Positions 45,331-58,197 of a DNA stretch of 64,000 nt are shown here, piece by piece. The DNA comes from an uncultured delta proteobacterium. Lineage in GTDB: Bacteria; Desulfobacterota; Binatia; UBA9968. Location of the stretch: the NCBI GenBank assembly GCA_963816145.1, contig CAWFJP010000018.1, positions 64,001-128,000 on the forward strand. Direction: 5' to 3'. The first letter of the stretch is position 1, and the number at the start of each line of letters is the position of its first letter. The notes under the pieces were generated by a model. The model did not search any database and was not told the origin of the DNA. It was given only the letters and a program-made list of their open reading frames with translations. The translations under genes were made by a program, and so were the position numbers.

Positions 45331-47950
45331 TTAATCGCGCTCTTCGTCCATGCCAAGAAGCCTGCGGCGGATGTTGGAACTGGTACCATCCGAATCGATA
45401 TGAAAAATCAAATCCGCGTCCGTAAGCACCACCAAGTTCGCGTTGTGGGAAGTCAATAAAAACTGCTGACCTTGCTTTTTATTGAGAAGGTCTGGCGCTA
45501 TCGTGTCCGCGATGTAGCGGTTATCCAGATTGTCCTCGGGTTGGTCGATGACTAATGGTCCGCGGCTATTGCGCAGCAGCAAGGGAAAGACTGCTACGCA
45601 CCGCTGCCCCGCCGAGAGGTTTTGTATAGGAACAAAGCCACGGTTACCTACCTCTAGCGAAATTTCGACATCATCATCATCAATGACTTCAAGTAAATCT
45701 ACAAACTTGCAGCGGTCCAATAATTGACTTTCAATTGTCCACTTGTCCTGGTCGATATCCAAGGATTGAAGCTTGAGAACAGGTCACAAAACTTCTCGTA
45801 ACTTCATTACCCCATAGCGATCCACAAATCCATGATCAAGGTTGGACCATCTGCGCGATAACTCCCCTGAACCGATTCCGGGCTTCTTTGTCAGCCGAAC
45901 TCGATCGAATAAAATCGTGATCCCGTGGTAACTCTCCATTTAACGTATTCGACGAGAGCTGAGCGCGAACTCGGCAATCTCATCACGAAGTCTACGCACC
46001 TCCATGCAAGACGAATAAAGCTGTGCCGGCCTAACGAACGCAGTTCGTGAAGCTGTTCGGCGCAACTACTTTCGACAGAGGGAAGTTCTTCGTTTCCTCG
46101 AGCACTTGAATGTTGTTTCGTCAAGATCTCGCGGTCATCTGACGAAGGCACGCCACGGCTGGCGCGTACGTTTCCTCGCGGAAAGAGGCGAATGTTGTAT
46201 TGAGGATACTCGCGCTTTCCTTAGCTTGCTATCGCCAGCGCTTGAAGCAGCAGTCTCGTTCAGCGGAGAGCTCGTCGATGCTGATTCCGCCGGCGAGACT
46301 CCAGCGCCCGTTTTTCCCACTTCCACAAGGGCATCTTTAAGCGCACCCAACGAAGCGCCATCAGCAGACCGCAGCAATCAGAGTATCAATTCGGCTAGGT
46401 AGTACTTCTGGCAGCTCGCTCGCCGAGATGTAGCTGCCGCCGCAATTGTCTGGATCGTTGCTTCGCTTTCAAGTACCAATCATACTGATATTGAAGCTGA
46501 GAAAGAGCTCTCTCCCGTTAAGCCGCGTAAGTGTAGATCGCTTGCGACTAAGTTCCCAAAGTGTCGAAAGACTTTATCAAGTCACCGCAGCCGTCGCTCA
46601 TAGCGGTAGAGCATTCGGGATTGGGCGATATGATACCGCGATTGACTGTAAGCTCGTCCTACGCTTTCGGGTTGACCGGCTCATCAAGTATTCCAGTCCG
46701 GCGATGCGGCTGCGCCAATCTGCGACCGATGATCGAATCTCTGCGCCATCGAGGATAGAGATCCGGAAAGACTTGTCCTGCTGACGCCATTACCGTGGTG
46801 CTTTCTTCTCTTCAGAGGTTACCGTGATGCGGTCGCTGGAATCCGCCTTGCCAGAACCAGAACTTGCTTTCCTTCCGGTCTTGAATGAGACATTCAACAT
46901 ATCCACTACTGCCTAGTCTATGTTGTCGGTGTTTGTTAACCTCGTCGCGTCGTTCCTTCGGTACGGCCGTATTCAATACAAAACGCAGGCACTCAGCACC
47001 GCCGTTTTACCAGCCCCCTTACTGCCTATTAACGGGTTGAGGCCCTCATCAAGGTTGAATCCAAGTATCTCGATGAAAGCACCCATAATGTGAAGGCCAA
47101 TAACCGAAGCATGAAACGTGGCCTCAGGGCGAATCAGAGTAACGCGGTGCGCTAGTGCCAAAGCGGCTTTCAGTTCGCGAAGGTGTTCTTTCATTCGGAT
47201 CAGGTTCGACCGTCCCCGCACCAATATCGTCATGGTGATGTGCATCGCTGGAGCTGACAACAGCCAATTCCGGCGGAATCGAAATGTCCGGTTGCGTTTT
47301 GTTTCGCCATCAAGAAAATGGCAGTCTTCGTATCTTGCACCTCAACGGCGTCAAAAGCTCCATCTCTGATGAACCCAGAAGTGCATCTCATCGAAGAGGT
47401 CATCCACGCTTCGAGATGTCTGGGGGCTTTACCCGCAGGAGGAGGTGAGAAGGAGAGAGCACAGCGCACCAGCCTTTGGCAGACGGAATTCGGTTGCGAC
47501 ATCAACGATACTAGAACGGAAACCAGTCGGGTATGCGCCGGGACGATACTGGAGGCTGTCACGCGCCGTGCACAGTATATAGTCCGTACCCATCGCTGAA
47601 TTTCGTCAACAGGGTCAGCGCAACAATGCAGTGAGAAATAGTAGTCTCGTCCAATTTTTTTGAACAACGCATCTACCAGGTGTACATTTATCTCTGCTCC
47701 AGGAATAAGGGTTCAGAGGGGCAATACTGGTTGAAGTCTTGCGAGTTCCAGATTTCGTTGCAAACGATTCAGTGATTTAGAGCTGCGGCCAACTGTATCT
47801 CGCGGATTCGATGAACACCAAGGTGGTGCATAAGCGTCGATCTGCTTTCTCCCCAGCTGTAGTCGTTGAGGAAGGTAGATGCACGTGGAAGTCGCCTTGA
47901 GCCAACGGGCAACTGCCGTCATAGCCCTAGCAGGACGTCCTTTTGAGGAA
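45331..47950 (-). pseudogene. Fragmented PHP-associated ABC/AAA ATPase (TrlF/Ppl-like); 5' limit uncertain
   Basis: Walker A GLNPLIGSKGAGKT near 47020; LSAGQR, VIDQPEDNLD and TSHNANL at 45400-45620; many indels. Confidence 0.65.
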
Positions 47951-48475
47951 TTGCGAGAATTCTACGACATCGTCATTCGCCACTCGAACTGGAACCAGCG
48001 GCCGAAACAGGCATAAGTATCTGACAATAATGCAGCCCTGCAACGAATTGAAAGTAATTTCCCTCGAAGTTTACGTCCAGTTGAACAGGGCCGCGCCAAA
48101 GTTTGAATTAATTTTTCAAAAAGCTCGTTATTTATCTACGTTGCTCTTTTGTTGGAATAGACCGCACGAAACTTCGTCGAAAAGGTTTCCCATTTTCGTA
48201 GTGGACACCCTCTCCTCTAAAATTCTAAGCCGGCACAACAATAACTTCCTCTTCAGGATTCGCCGTAACTTGCGTACTGTTCGGCAGGGAACTTTTTGGC
48301 GTAGGAGACGCGCATAGGGAGAGAACAGCGTCAACGAAATCGATAATTTGCGTGAGCGTGCTGCATCAGGCCCCTTACGTTTTAAAACACAGCGAAGGGT
48401 TTAGCCTTGCCTCCAGCTTTTATCGATAGCAGGTGCCTTGTCAAGCGAGCACATATAATCGCGTGCGGAAAGGTC

Positions 48476-48838
48476 TCAAAGCAGATCTGTCATGACCCGC
48501 CGGTACCGTCGACAGGTGGTACACCGACGTGCCAAAGCTGGTGAAGCCTTTGCCATTAGACACCCGTCATAGAAATTCCGGCCTTGCGCCCTTTCACGAG
48601 TCGGTGTAGCAAAGCAATGAATTCTCTTTGCGGCTAAATGACGTTCGGCTAACCGGGATCCTCCCTTTCGACTCCACTGGCACGGGGCGTCCACCGCCAC
48701 GACGCCGGCTTCGTTACGAAGACACCACTCGACGATCTTTTCGGGATCGCAAGCAGTTTTTTGGCCTATAAACTGGCCATCCCTTAGCGCCACAGCATGA
48801 AAACCTTTGCGGTCATCACCGACATCGATGCCCGCCAC
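48476..48838 (-). pseudogene. DUF429 (RNase H-like) family fragment
   Basis: GIDVG..KGFH, VAVDAP, SR.AER.L. Confidence 0.65.
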
Positions 48839-48876
48839 GGCCTGCTTAGAGCTTGATTGTTTAAACGCGCTGATCG

Positions 48877-49606
48877 TTAAGCCTTATCGGTATACTTCGC
48901 TTCAAGAGCGCTGTGGAGAGCTTCGATACCAGAAAAGTTGGGATGCTCTTCCAGACCTTTCAGGTTATAGCCAAGACAGATTTCGATGTCCTTTTGCGAG
49001 ATGTAGTTGTCGTGGATGAGCACTTCGCGGATTTGGTCGGCGGCATCGGGATATTCGCGCTCGTCGGGGTCGTGGTTCTGGAGCAGGAACTCTCGGTAAC
49101 AGTGCTCAATGACGCGGCTTGGAATGGGTTTGGATTTCGTCCACGACCCGGAGGATCTCGGTGATCTTAGTGTCGAGCGCGGCCTGCGTGCTGAAGAAGA
49201 TGTTGCCGTTGGGGTGGGCGGTGTCGTTGCGGTCGTCCACCAGCTTGGCGTAGGTGCCGATCTTGCCGTTGTCGCAGTCGATGAGCTTGAGGAAGCGCAG
49301 GATGCTGCGCTCGTTCACGGTGCTGAAGACGAAGGGCGAAGTGGCGTCCAGGAGGCTTTTCTCAATGTCCTTGCCGAAACCGATGAGGCCCATCGCGAAA
49401 TCCTTCGGCTCCGTCTGCTTGATCTGCCAGATGTTGAAATAGACGAAGCTCATCGTGAGCATGTGGTAGGCGAGGAAGGCGAACTGGTATTTGCCGTGCG
49501 TGTAGTTCGTCTCGAAGGCGTCCCACAGGAACTCGATGTATTCCTGCTCCTTCGGGGTCTTGAAGGAGAGCGGCAGGTAGTTGGCGAGTTCGGCGGCTTC
49601 TTCCAT
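48877..49606 (-). CDS. Hypothetical protein downstream of the type I R-M genes (frameshift near 49115)
   Basis: ORF 49106-49606 (RNDTAH, HEPN-like RxxxxH) continues in another frame to TAA at 48877. Confidence 0.65.
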
Positions 49607-50417
49607 GGCTCAAGCCTCCGTACGCGGCGGGCGTCTTCGCCCCAGACGCGGGCGAGGGTCGCTTGAATTTTTTTCTCGAAGCGGGTGATCAGTTCGCGGT
49701 TGGCGGCGACCAGTGCTTGCTCGGCTTCGATCTCGGCGACGATGGCTTGCTGCGTAGCGAGTGGTGGGAGTGGAATTTTAGCCTCGTTCAGACTCCTAAT
49801 CGGAAGCTGAGGCTGTGCGGCACCGGAAACGATTGCATCCCTTTGCGCCCGGAAGTTTTCTGATTGGAAGAAATGAAATAGATAGCTGCTCAATAACCTG
49901 GTCGTATCAGGTCGGAAAATGAGCATGCCGGAGTTAATGCGTATGTGCTCAAACTCGACCGTCGCGTCATAGAGTGCAGTATTCCCCACGGTCCCTCGTG
50001 TTGTCAGCAATACGTCGCCGCGTTCGAGCTTCCTTTTCGCAGTGTGTTATCTTTCTGCTCACTGATGAACTCCAAATCGTCGAACTTAAATCCGTCCGAT
50101 CGAACGTTCTTCGTATTCAGGAAAAGGCAAAAGCCCGAATGGAAAAATCTTCCTTGCTCGGGTAGTTCGTTCCCCGGTCGCCGTCGATAATCTGCAAAGG
50201 TGCCTCTTCGATGTGGGACTCGGCCAGTCAGGGTGGATGGGGATGTGGGGGCGGTAGTGGTCGAGGACGGCGCGGGCGCCGTTGATGACTTTCTGGTAGC
50301 CCTCGATCTCCGCCACGATCTCCTTCTGCACCTCCAGCGGCGGCAGGGGGATTTGGAGTTTCTCGATGTCCGCCCGATTGATCGACGCGAAAACTGCGCC
50401 TGCATCTCCTTTGATGT

Positions 50418-52356
50418 CACGGTAAACTTGTTCTCCGTTAAGCAGGAGCCGGGCGAGTCGTGAAGGAGTTTTTCGCCAGGCGCAAATAGTCGAAGACGGC
50501 GCGGATGTTTCTGTTGAGGCGGCGCATTTTCTGGGTGACGTTTTTGACGCCTTTGGATTGGAGGAGACCGATGGCAAAGCGGCGTAGGCGTGAAATATTC
50601 TCAGGGCCGTAGCCGGTGCGAATGCGACAGCGGTCCTCATCGAAGGCCCAATCGAGAACGTAGTGGCAGCAGTTTTCGATGGTCCAATGGCCCCGGTTGA
50701 TTTCGAGCAAGCGCTGGGGCGAGGCCTGCCCAGGAGAACGGCTGGTAATACCGTAGGCGATTTCACGGGAAGTCTTGCCGGTTTTTTTGTTGAGGGTAAT
50801 CCGTTCGATGGCAAAGGCTTGGCCGAGGTGAGGGAAGTTGAGATAAGCGTTGAGTTCAGTGGTGGTCCAGATTTGCCGAGTTTCAATGCGGCCATGATCG
50901 GGCGGGTCGTGCATGACAAACTGGGGTTGATGGCGATCGTTGAAGAACAGCACGAGATCGTCAAGGAGCGAGGGCTGATTGGCTTTAACCGTGAAGTGGT
51001 AGTGGGCTTTGCGGGTGCGGACCAAGTAGTCGGCGAGTTTACGTTGGGTGAGAAGGGCATCGGCGGTTAAGTCTTTGCCACACAGATCGAGGTCATCGAG
51101 GAGTGGAATGGCCATGCCGATCTCGTTGGTTTGTTTTAGCTCAGAGGTGTCGCCATGGGCGGGCAGCGAGCCGACTTTTTTTGGGTGTAGCAGATCTTGG
51201 AGTGGTGGCCGACCACGCTCATGAGGTGAGTTTGATGGTCGTTGTGATCAAGGGCGTTGCGCATGGTTTTGCCGTCGATAGCGAGGGTAGAGTCCTGTTG
51301 AGCAAAGGCTTGATTGTAACGGTTTAGAGCTTTTTCGAGATCGCTGGGAGCCACCCGGATCATGACATCGCGGATGATCGACTCGCTGGGGACGAGGTAT
51401 AGTCCGTTCACGTAACGGCAGCGAAATCTCTGGCGGGCCCGAGGCGAGAGGCTGTGGGCCCAGTCGGCGATGGCCTTATAGCCGCGCATGCCACACAGAG
51501 TAGCGGCACAAACAATGGCCAGGACGCAAGCGAGCGAATGGCGTCGTCCTTGGGCGCGGCGCGGATCGGGGATATCGGCAAAGAAGTCCCAAAGCGAGAG
51601 CATCTGTTGCGCGGTGAGTTTCATTTTCACAACTCCTTGGCGATACGGAACTGGCAAGACGCAGGCAGCGAGCAGGGAGCGGGCCTGTTGGTGTAAGGAC
51701 TTAACGAAGACTTTTTTCGGTGCGATAGCGGTGTTGCTGTAGCCCTGAGGGGTGCGCCGATAACCACGGGTCAGCCCGAGATAGCTCCAGTTGGCGGATT
51801 GATAGACCGTGCCGACAAAACGTTGGGGGTCGACGAAGGTCTCCAGCAGCAGTAAGGAATGGCCAAAGCGCTCTTGCCAGTCGGCGCACAGCCGCTTGTG
51901 ACACAATGATAGAATCTTGGAGCCGAGATTACGGTGGTGCCAATCGGGGAGGATTAAAAACCGGCTGTTGTTGGCGATCAGTTTTAAACGGTCGTAGTCG
52001 TACTGATGGTGCAAGTCCCAGCCGATCCACTGATCGCGCACGGCACATTTCCAGGCGGCGGCTGAAAACGTCAACAGTGCAATCCACTGATCGTGATAGG
52101 TGGCCACGTACCACAGGGTCTGACCGATCTTGGGTAGATAGCCCAAGTAGTGATGTTCGGTCATCAGGCGACGGTGCAGCGACTCTTCGCTGCGCTCTGC
52201 CACACGGACTTGAACTTGGTCGAGCTTCAACGCTTGCGGCTTCTGCCTTTTCTCGCAAAGTCAGAACCGTTATACAGGATTGTGCAGGGGATGTCCAGTT
52301 GTATCGAGAATCTTCTTACTCACCGCGAGGTTTATTGCCAGGACAAATTCACCCTG
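50418..52356 (-). mobile_element. ISAs1-family insertion sequence (1939 bp)
   Basis: Imperfect TIRs CAGGGTGAATTTGTCCT / CACGGTAAACTTGTTCT; 10-bp target duplication CCTTTGATGT at 50408-50417 and 52357-52366. Confidence 0.92.
50438..52230 (-). CDS. DUF4338-ISAs1 transposase fusion, two frames joined at A_AAA_AAG
   Basis: HHYLGY, RDQWIGW, NNSRFLI, ETFVD (DUF4338); DPRRAQGRRH, AIDGK, TNEI, ADALLTQ, VKANQ, HGRIE, HWTIEN..H..LD..F.ED. Confidence 0.88.
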
Positions 52357-54084
52357 CCTTTGATGTGCTCTTCTTGGCTTCTGAGGAAGTAGAAGGCGTA
52401 TGATGACATGAGTCTACCCTCAGCGGGCTTGATCGCGGCTAGACCGCGACCTATGCACATTCGCTGAGTTGCGAGATTCACTGGTCCTACAGGAGCGCGA
52501 ACCGAAATCAGAATGTTGCCAGCTTCCGCGAAGCGTTGAGGGTCCGTTGTCCAAGTCGTCGGAGCACCAATGAACATTTCGCCGAACTCAGTCTTGCCCT
52601 GATAAAAAGGAATTCCGATTCCGGTATCATTGTAGGACTCGCCGGGTGGTGACTGACCTGCTATCGACTTCAGCGACTTCGCCTAATTGAACGATTGGAT
52701 AAGCGTGTTGCTCTGGCCGCTCCCTCCCGATACCGCTCCCGCTGAGGTTGTAGTCGCCATTCGCGGCGATCTTTTCTTTCGGCACGATCAGGCCGCAAGT
52801 GCGGCTGGAGGTCGATCGGTGGACTTGGCGGCTGCGGAGGGCTGGAGGTAGGCGGCGAGTTCGGCTTGGACCTGCGGCAGGTCGTTCTTGTCGATGGCGC
52901 GGCGCTGGGCACCGAGGCCGAAGCCGTCGTTCTCGACCTTGAAGAAGGCGATGGTGTCGCGTCTGCTTGGCCAGCGACTTGTCGAGGATCAGGATGGAGG
53001 TCTTCACGCCGGAGTAGGGATTGAACACGCCCGCCGGGCAGCGAGACGACGGCGACGAGGTACTTCTCGACGAGCATCTTGCGCAGTTGCTTTGTAGGCG
53101 GTCTGGCTCTGGAAGATGATGCCCTCGGGCACGATGATGCCGGCGCGGCCGCTGGGCGTGAGGTGCTCGGCCATGTAGTCCACGAAGAGCACTTCGCTGC
53201 GCTTGGACTGGACCGAGAAGCGGTTGTGCGGCTTGATGCCGCCCTTCGGCGACATGAACGGCGGATTGGCGAGGATGACGTCGGCGTATTCGTTCCAGCG
53301 GTCCTGGCTGGTGAGCGTGTCGTACTCGTAGATGTGCGGATCGGTGAAGCCGTGCAGGTACAGGTTCACCAGCGACAGGCGCACCATGTCGGGCGAGATG
53401 TCGTAGCCCTTGAAGTTCTGCGCGCAGCCGGCCCTTGCTCGTCGGGCGTCAGCGTGCTGTGGCCCTTGGCGTCGGTGTTGGCCTTGAGGATGTGCTTGTA
53501 GGACGAGATCAGGAACCCGGCGGTGCCGCAGGCGGGGTCGAGCACGGTCTCGTTCTTCTTCGGGTCGACGACCGCGACGATGAAGTCGATGATGTGGCGC
53601 GGGGTGCGGAACTGCCCGGCGTCGCCCTGCGAGCCGAGCACGGAGAGCAGATACTCGAAGGCGTCGCCGAGGCGCTCGCGAGTGGTCGTAGCTGAACTCG
53701 TCGATGATCTTGAGGAAGGCCTTGAGCGTTTCGGGGTCGCGGTAGGGCAGATAGGCGTTCTTGAAGATGTCGCGGAAGAGCGGCGGGATGCCGGGGTTCT
53801 CCGGCATCTTGGCGATGCCTTCGGCGTAGAGGTCGAGCGTCTCGTGGCCGCCGAGCCCGGAGCGCATGAGCTTGGCCCAGCCGTAGCGGGCGAACTCGCC
53901 GGCGAAGAACTTGCGCTTGCCGCCGAGTTCCTCGGCCTCGGCGTCCATGTCGTCCATGAACTTGTAGATCAGCGCGATGGTGATCTGCTCGACCTGGCTC
54001 TTGGGGTCGGGCACCTTGCCGACGAGGATGTCGCGGGCGGTGTCGATGCGGCGTTTGGTGTCGGTGTCGAGCATGGGGTCTCCT

Positions 54085-56638
54085 TTAGGCGGCGAACTGG
54101 TTCAAGGAGACGTAGTCCTTGACGTATTCGGGGATGAGCGCGCGGTACTTCTCCGGCACGGCCCTGAAGTCGCGGGTGGAGAAGACCGGGTTGGTCGCCA
54201 GGTCGGTGAACTGCCTGCTCTCGATGATGTCGCGGACCCGGTCGCTGGTGACGTAGGCCTTGAAGTAGTTCTTGATGGCCGGGATGGCCGTCGGCCTCTT
54301 CGGGCTTGTAGTCGGCGACGAACTTGGCGAACTCCTCTTCCAGCAGTTCGTCCTTGGACTTGAAGCGCGGGATGAGGCCGAAGACCTTCTCCAGGATCTC
54401 GCGCAGCGTCAGGCGGCGGTCCACGGCGGCGGCCTTGCGCAGCTTGTCGAGGGTGTAGTACTCCTCGGGCTTGTCGAAGACTTCGCGGTTGACGTAGTCG
54501 ATGACGCGGTCCCACTGCCCGGCCTCGACGGCTGCGGCGATGGTCTCGTTCTCGCGCACGGTGTCCTCGAACTTCTCGAAGAACATGCGGTCGATCTTCA
54601 TGCCCTCGTAGCCGATCGTCTCTTCCTTGATCGAGGCGAGGATGTCGGCGCCGAGGTGCTCGTAGGTGCCGCCGACGACCACCGGGCCCGTCGCCGCCGC
54701 CGTCATCGCGGCCCTTGCCCTGGGGCCGGGGGAGCTTCAGCACTTCGTCGTAGTTGAACTCCTCCTCGAAGTATTCGCAGTTGGCGAAGAAGTCGAAGAG
54801 CTTGAAGGCGGTCTTCTGCGGCTGCTGCGACGCCGTCCTTGAGGCTGTCGTCGAAGAGCTGCTCGAGGAAGTTGTGCTTGCGGGTGCCGCGCCCCTTGAT
54901 CTGGATGAAGTCGGTCGGCGAGAAGATCGGGCGGAAGAGACCGAGGTTGAGGATGTCCGTGCAGTCGTAGCCGGTGGTCATCATGCCGACGGTGACGCAG
55001 ACGCGGGCCTTGCTGGTCTTGTAGGCGGGCGAGGAAGTTGGCCGAGCCGAGCAGGTTGTTGTTGGTGAAGTTGATGGTGAACTGCTGGGCGTCGGGAATC
55101 TGCGAGGTGACCTGCACGGCGAAGTCGGACTGGTACTTGCCGGGGAACATGCGGTCGGCCATCTGGTTGAGGATCTGCGCCAGCTTGGCGGCGTGGTTCT
55201 GGCTGACGGCGAAGATGATCGACTTGCCGATCTCGCCGCTGACCGGATCGCGCAGGGCGTTTTCGAGGAAGGTCTTGCAGAAGAGCTGGTTGGTGGCGTC
55301 GGCGAAGAAGCGCTTCTCGAACTCGCGCTGCTTGAAGGTCTCCTCGCTGGTCCTCGCCGGCGTCGTCCGTGAACGAGACGACGAAGCCCTCGTCGGAGAG
55401 CAGCTGCGGTGGTGATCTCGGTGCGGGCATCCACCACCGTCGGATTGATCAGGAAGCCGTCCTTCACGCCGTCGAGCAGCGAGTAGCGGAAGGTGGGCTG
55501 GCTGTTCTCGCAGCCGAAGGTGCGGTAGGTGTCCAGCAGCAGGCGGCGCTCGGCCTCGCGCGGGTCGCGGGTGGTCGGCTTCGGCTTTGTCGAAGCTGCT
55601 TGAGGTAGTCGCGCGGCGTGGCGGTGAGGCCGAGCTTGTAGCCGATGAAGTAGTCGAAGACGGCGCGGGCGTTGCCGCCGATGGAGCGGTGCGCTTCGTC
55701 GGAGATGACGAGATCGAAGTCGGTCGGCGAGAAGAGCTGCTGGTACTTGTTGTTGAAGAGCAGCGACTGCACGGTGGTGACGACGATCTCCGCGCGTCGC
55801 CAGTCGTCGCGGTTCTCCTTGTAGATGACCGTCTTGAAAGTCGTTCGTGAGAGCAGCGCGGCGAAGGCCTTCTTGGCCTGGTCTTCCAGTTCGAGGCGAT
55901 CCACCAGGAAGAGGACGCGCCGGGCGTTGCCGGTGCGGAGGAAGAGCTTGATGACGGCGGCGGCGGTGAGCGTCTTGCCGGTGCCGGTGGCCATCTCGAA
56001 CAGGAAGCGGTCCTTGCCGTCCTTGACCGCGCGCTGGAAGGCGTGGATCGGCCTTGAGCTGATAGGGCCGCAGAAAGCGCAGCTTGTTGGCCTCGATGTA
56101 GCCGGGGCGCTCGGCTTCGTTCCGCCACGCCGGCTTCGGATTGGTAGTTCGGGCGCTGGGTGAGGACGATGTAGTCGTCGCCGACCTGCTCCTCGATCAG
56201 GCGCTTCGGGTTGGGCGTGACCTTCTGGTAGCCGATGACCGAGTCGGGCGTCGGAAACGACGTGATGACGTAGGGGTTGCCGCGCTCGAGATCCCAGAAG
56301 TAGTGCAGGTTGCCGTTGGAGAGGATGACGAAGCGGCAGTTCTGGGAGCGGGCGTATTTGCGGGCCTGCTCCTTGCCGACGAGCGGGTTCTTGTCCTCGG
56401 CCTTGGCCTCAAGGACGATGAACGGGAAGCCCTTCGCGTCGAGAAGCAGAAAGTCGATGAAGCCCTTGCTCGTCTTCTCGAAGTTGTCGCCGAGCGCGTC
56501 GAGGTCGGTTGACTTGATCGTGACGCTGGGTTCAAGGCGGATGTTGGCGGGCGCGTCGCCTTCCGCGAAGAAACGCCAGCCAGCGGCTTCGAGCAGCTTG
56601 TTGATCTTGATGCGGGCGGTGGCTTCTTTTGCTGCCAT
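54085..56638 (-). pseudogene. hsdR: Type I restriction subunit R (EcoEI-like DEAH helicase), multiple frameshifts
   Basis: KEATARIKI, LEAK, MATGTGKT, DEAHRS, GLTATP, MMTTGYD, QIKGRGTR. Confidence 0.88.
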
Positions 56639-56877
56639 GGGAAATTCAATCGCTGCGCTATTCTTAAAAGCGTCCAGGACACGCGTGGTCCTACAGGATC
56701 AGCGGCAAGGTTCTGTTCCGTCAAGCCACTCAAGCCCGGTCGTTCGACTTGGTTTAACTACGACCCGGACAGGCGCTCCGCTCAAGACGTACAATTGCGC
56801 GGGAATGACTCGGACCAAATTTTCGTCACTCTACTGGAATCAGCGGGGAGGTGGCAAGGGGTACTATAACTTGGGGA

Positions 56878-57440
56878 CGTTCCAATAGTTCCAATGGTTC
56901 CATAGGTTCCAACCGGTGACGTCAGGATCGTTCAAAGGTTCAACGACGATTCGCGAGGCTACCGTTCCAATAGTTCCAGCCCTTCGATACGGTCTTTGCG
57001 ACCACTCAGGACGGACGAAATGTTTTAATTGGGGGCCGTTCAAGTCGTTACTCGATCAAGGTCGTCTGAGCCGTTCCAATGGTTCCAATGGTTCCATAGG
57101 TTCCAGCGGTTATCGATCAAGGCGTTCGACCTCGGTTCAATCGTTCCATAAGGTTCAACGACGATTCCGCGAGGCTACCGTTCCAATAGTTCCAGCCGTT
57201 CCAAAGGTTCCAGAGGTTATCGTTCAAGCCCTTCGATACGGTCTTTGCGACCTACTCAGGACGAACGGAATTTCTTAATTGCAGTCCGTTCAAGGCGTTA
57301 CTCGAGCAAAGAACGCAGGTTCCAAGTGTTCCCATCGTTCCAAAGGTTCCAGCGGTTGGCCTTCATAAGGTCGTTCAAGAGTTCCGTTCGGCGGGCTCAG
57401 GGCCTGAGTTTATCAAAGGCAAAAGTTCAAGCGTTCAATC
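56878..57440 (+). repeat. GTTCCA/GTTCAA micro-repeat spacer with two CCCTTCGATACG...CTCAGG units
   Basis: Many GTTC(C/A)A units at 7-9 nt period; related blocks at 58245-58495, 59172-59370, 62273-62530 and inverted at 30410-30460 and 44935-44985. Confidence 0.85.
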
Positions 57441-57514
57441 CTTCATCAGGGCGCCTCACATCCGAGGTCATTCTGTCGTTGACTGGTTTCGCCTCCCCTT
57501 GTACACTTCCCCCC

Positions 57515-57781
57515 ATGAAATTGTCTATCAGTGAAACTCGCAGGCGCTTGCCGGAGCTGGTGCGGCGGGTGCAAAAAAACGCCGAGACGAAGGTCGAGAT
57601 TACCGTGCGCGACGAGGTCGTTGCCGAGCTGCGGCCAGCGCAGGCGCGGCCTGAGCCCGGTGCGGCAGCAAAGAAGCTGCTGGGTCTTATGCACAAGCTG
57701 CCAAAAGGCCGCGGCGCAAAGACCAACGTCTCCGGCCGTGTCAAAGACTACCTCTACGGCTCCGCCGGCACGAATCGCTGA
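57515..57781 (+). CDS. Phd/YefM-like antitoxin
   Basis: LSISETRRRLPELV...ITVRDEVVAEL, DYLYG; TTGACT-17-TACACT 7 nt upstream. Confidence 0.8.
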   Translation: MKLSISETRRRLPELVRRVQKNAETKVEITVRDEVVAELRPAQARPEPGAAAKKLLGLMHKLPKGRGAKTNVSGRVKDYLYGSAGTNR

Positions 57782-58197
57782 TGGCGCTCCCGTCCCGCTT
57801 ATTCTGCGATACGTCATTTTTCTACGCCTGTCTCGATCCCAACGACAGCAATCATAACCGAGCCGAAGAGCTTACAGCCGACGCCGCAGCGTCATCTGTT
57901 ACGTTCGTCACTACTTGGGACATCATCAGCGAGACGGTTACCCTTCTGCGATATCGACTAGGCTATCAACCCGCGCTGCGTTTTCTCGAAGAGATCAAGC
58001 CGCATCTGACCGTCGTAGACTACGGCCCCCATGTGCGACATGAAGCCGAGCGAATATTTCGCCAGCGTGGCCGTAGGCGTCGCCTCTCGTTCTGTGACGC
58101 GATTTCATTTACTACCGTCACCACGCTTTTGGACCATATACCCTGCCTAGCTTTCGATCGAGATTTTCGCGCCCTTGGACTGACGGTGATCGTCTAG
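57781..58197 (+). CDS. vapC: VapC (PIN) toxin
   Basis: FCDTSFFYA, ISETVT, SFCDAISF, FDRDF. Confidence 0.9.
   Translation: MALPSRLFCDTSFFYACLDPNDSNHNRAEELTADAAASSVTFVTTWDIISETVTLLRYRLGYQPALRFLEEIKPHLTVVDYGPHVRHEAERIFRQRGRRRRLSFCDAISFTTVTTLLDHIPCLAFDRDFRALGLTVIV

Larger units (their letters stand above)
49610..54074 (-). pseudogene. hsdM: Type I R-M methyltransferase fused to specificity domains (HsdM-HsdS), interrupted by an IS and by frameshifts
   Basis: GQFRTPRH, DPACGTAGF, ANPPF, then TRD1 (VRAPVG), IPLPPL.Q..IVAEIE twice, TRD2 (TRGTVG, GAAQPQL). Confidence 0.85.

Noticed and set aside
52627-56638. Dense frameshifts in hsdM/hsdR as programmed recoding or phase variation
   Set aside because: Scattered small indels without slippery or SSR context and with no obvious decay of motifs; most consistent with sequencing/assembly error. 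The same caution applies to ggt, 13815, 28720 and 60565
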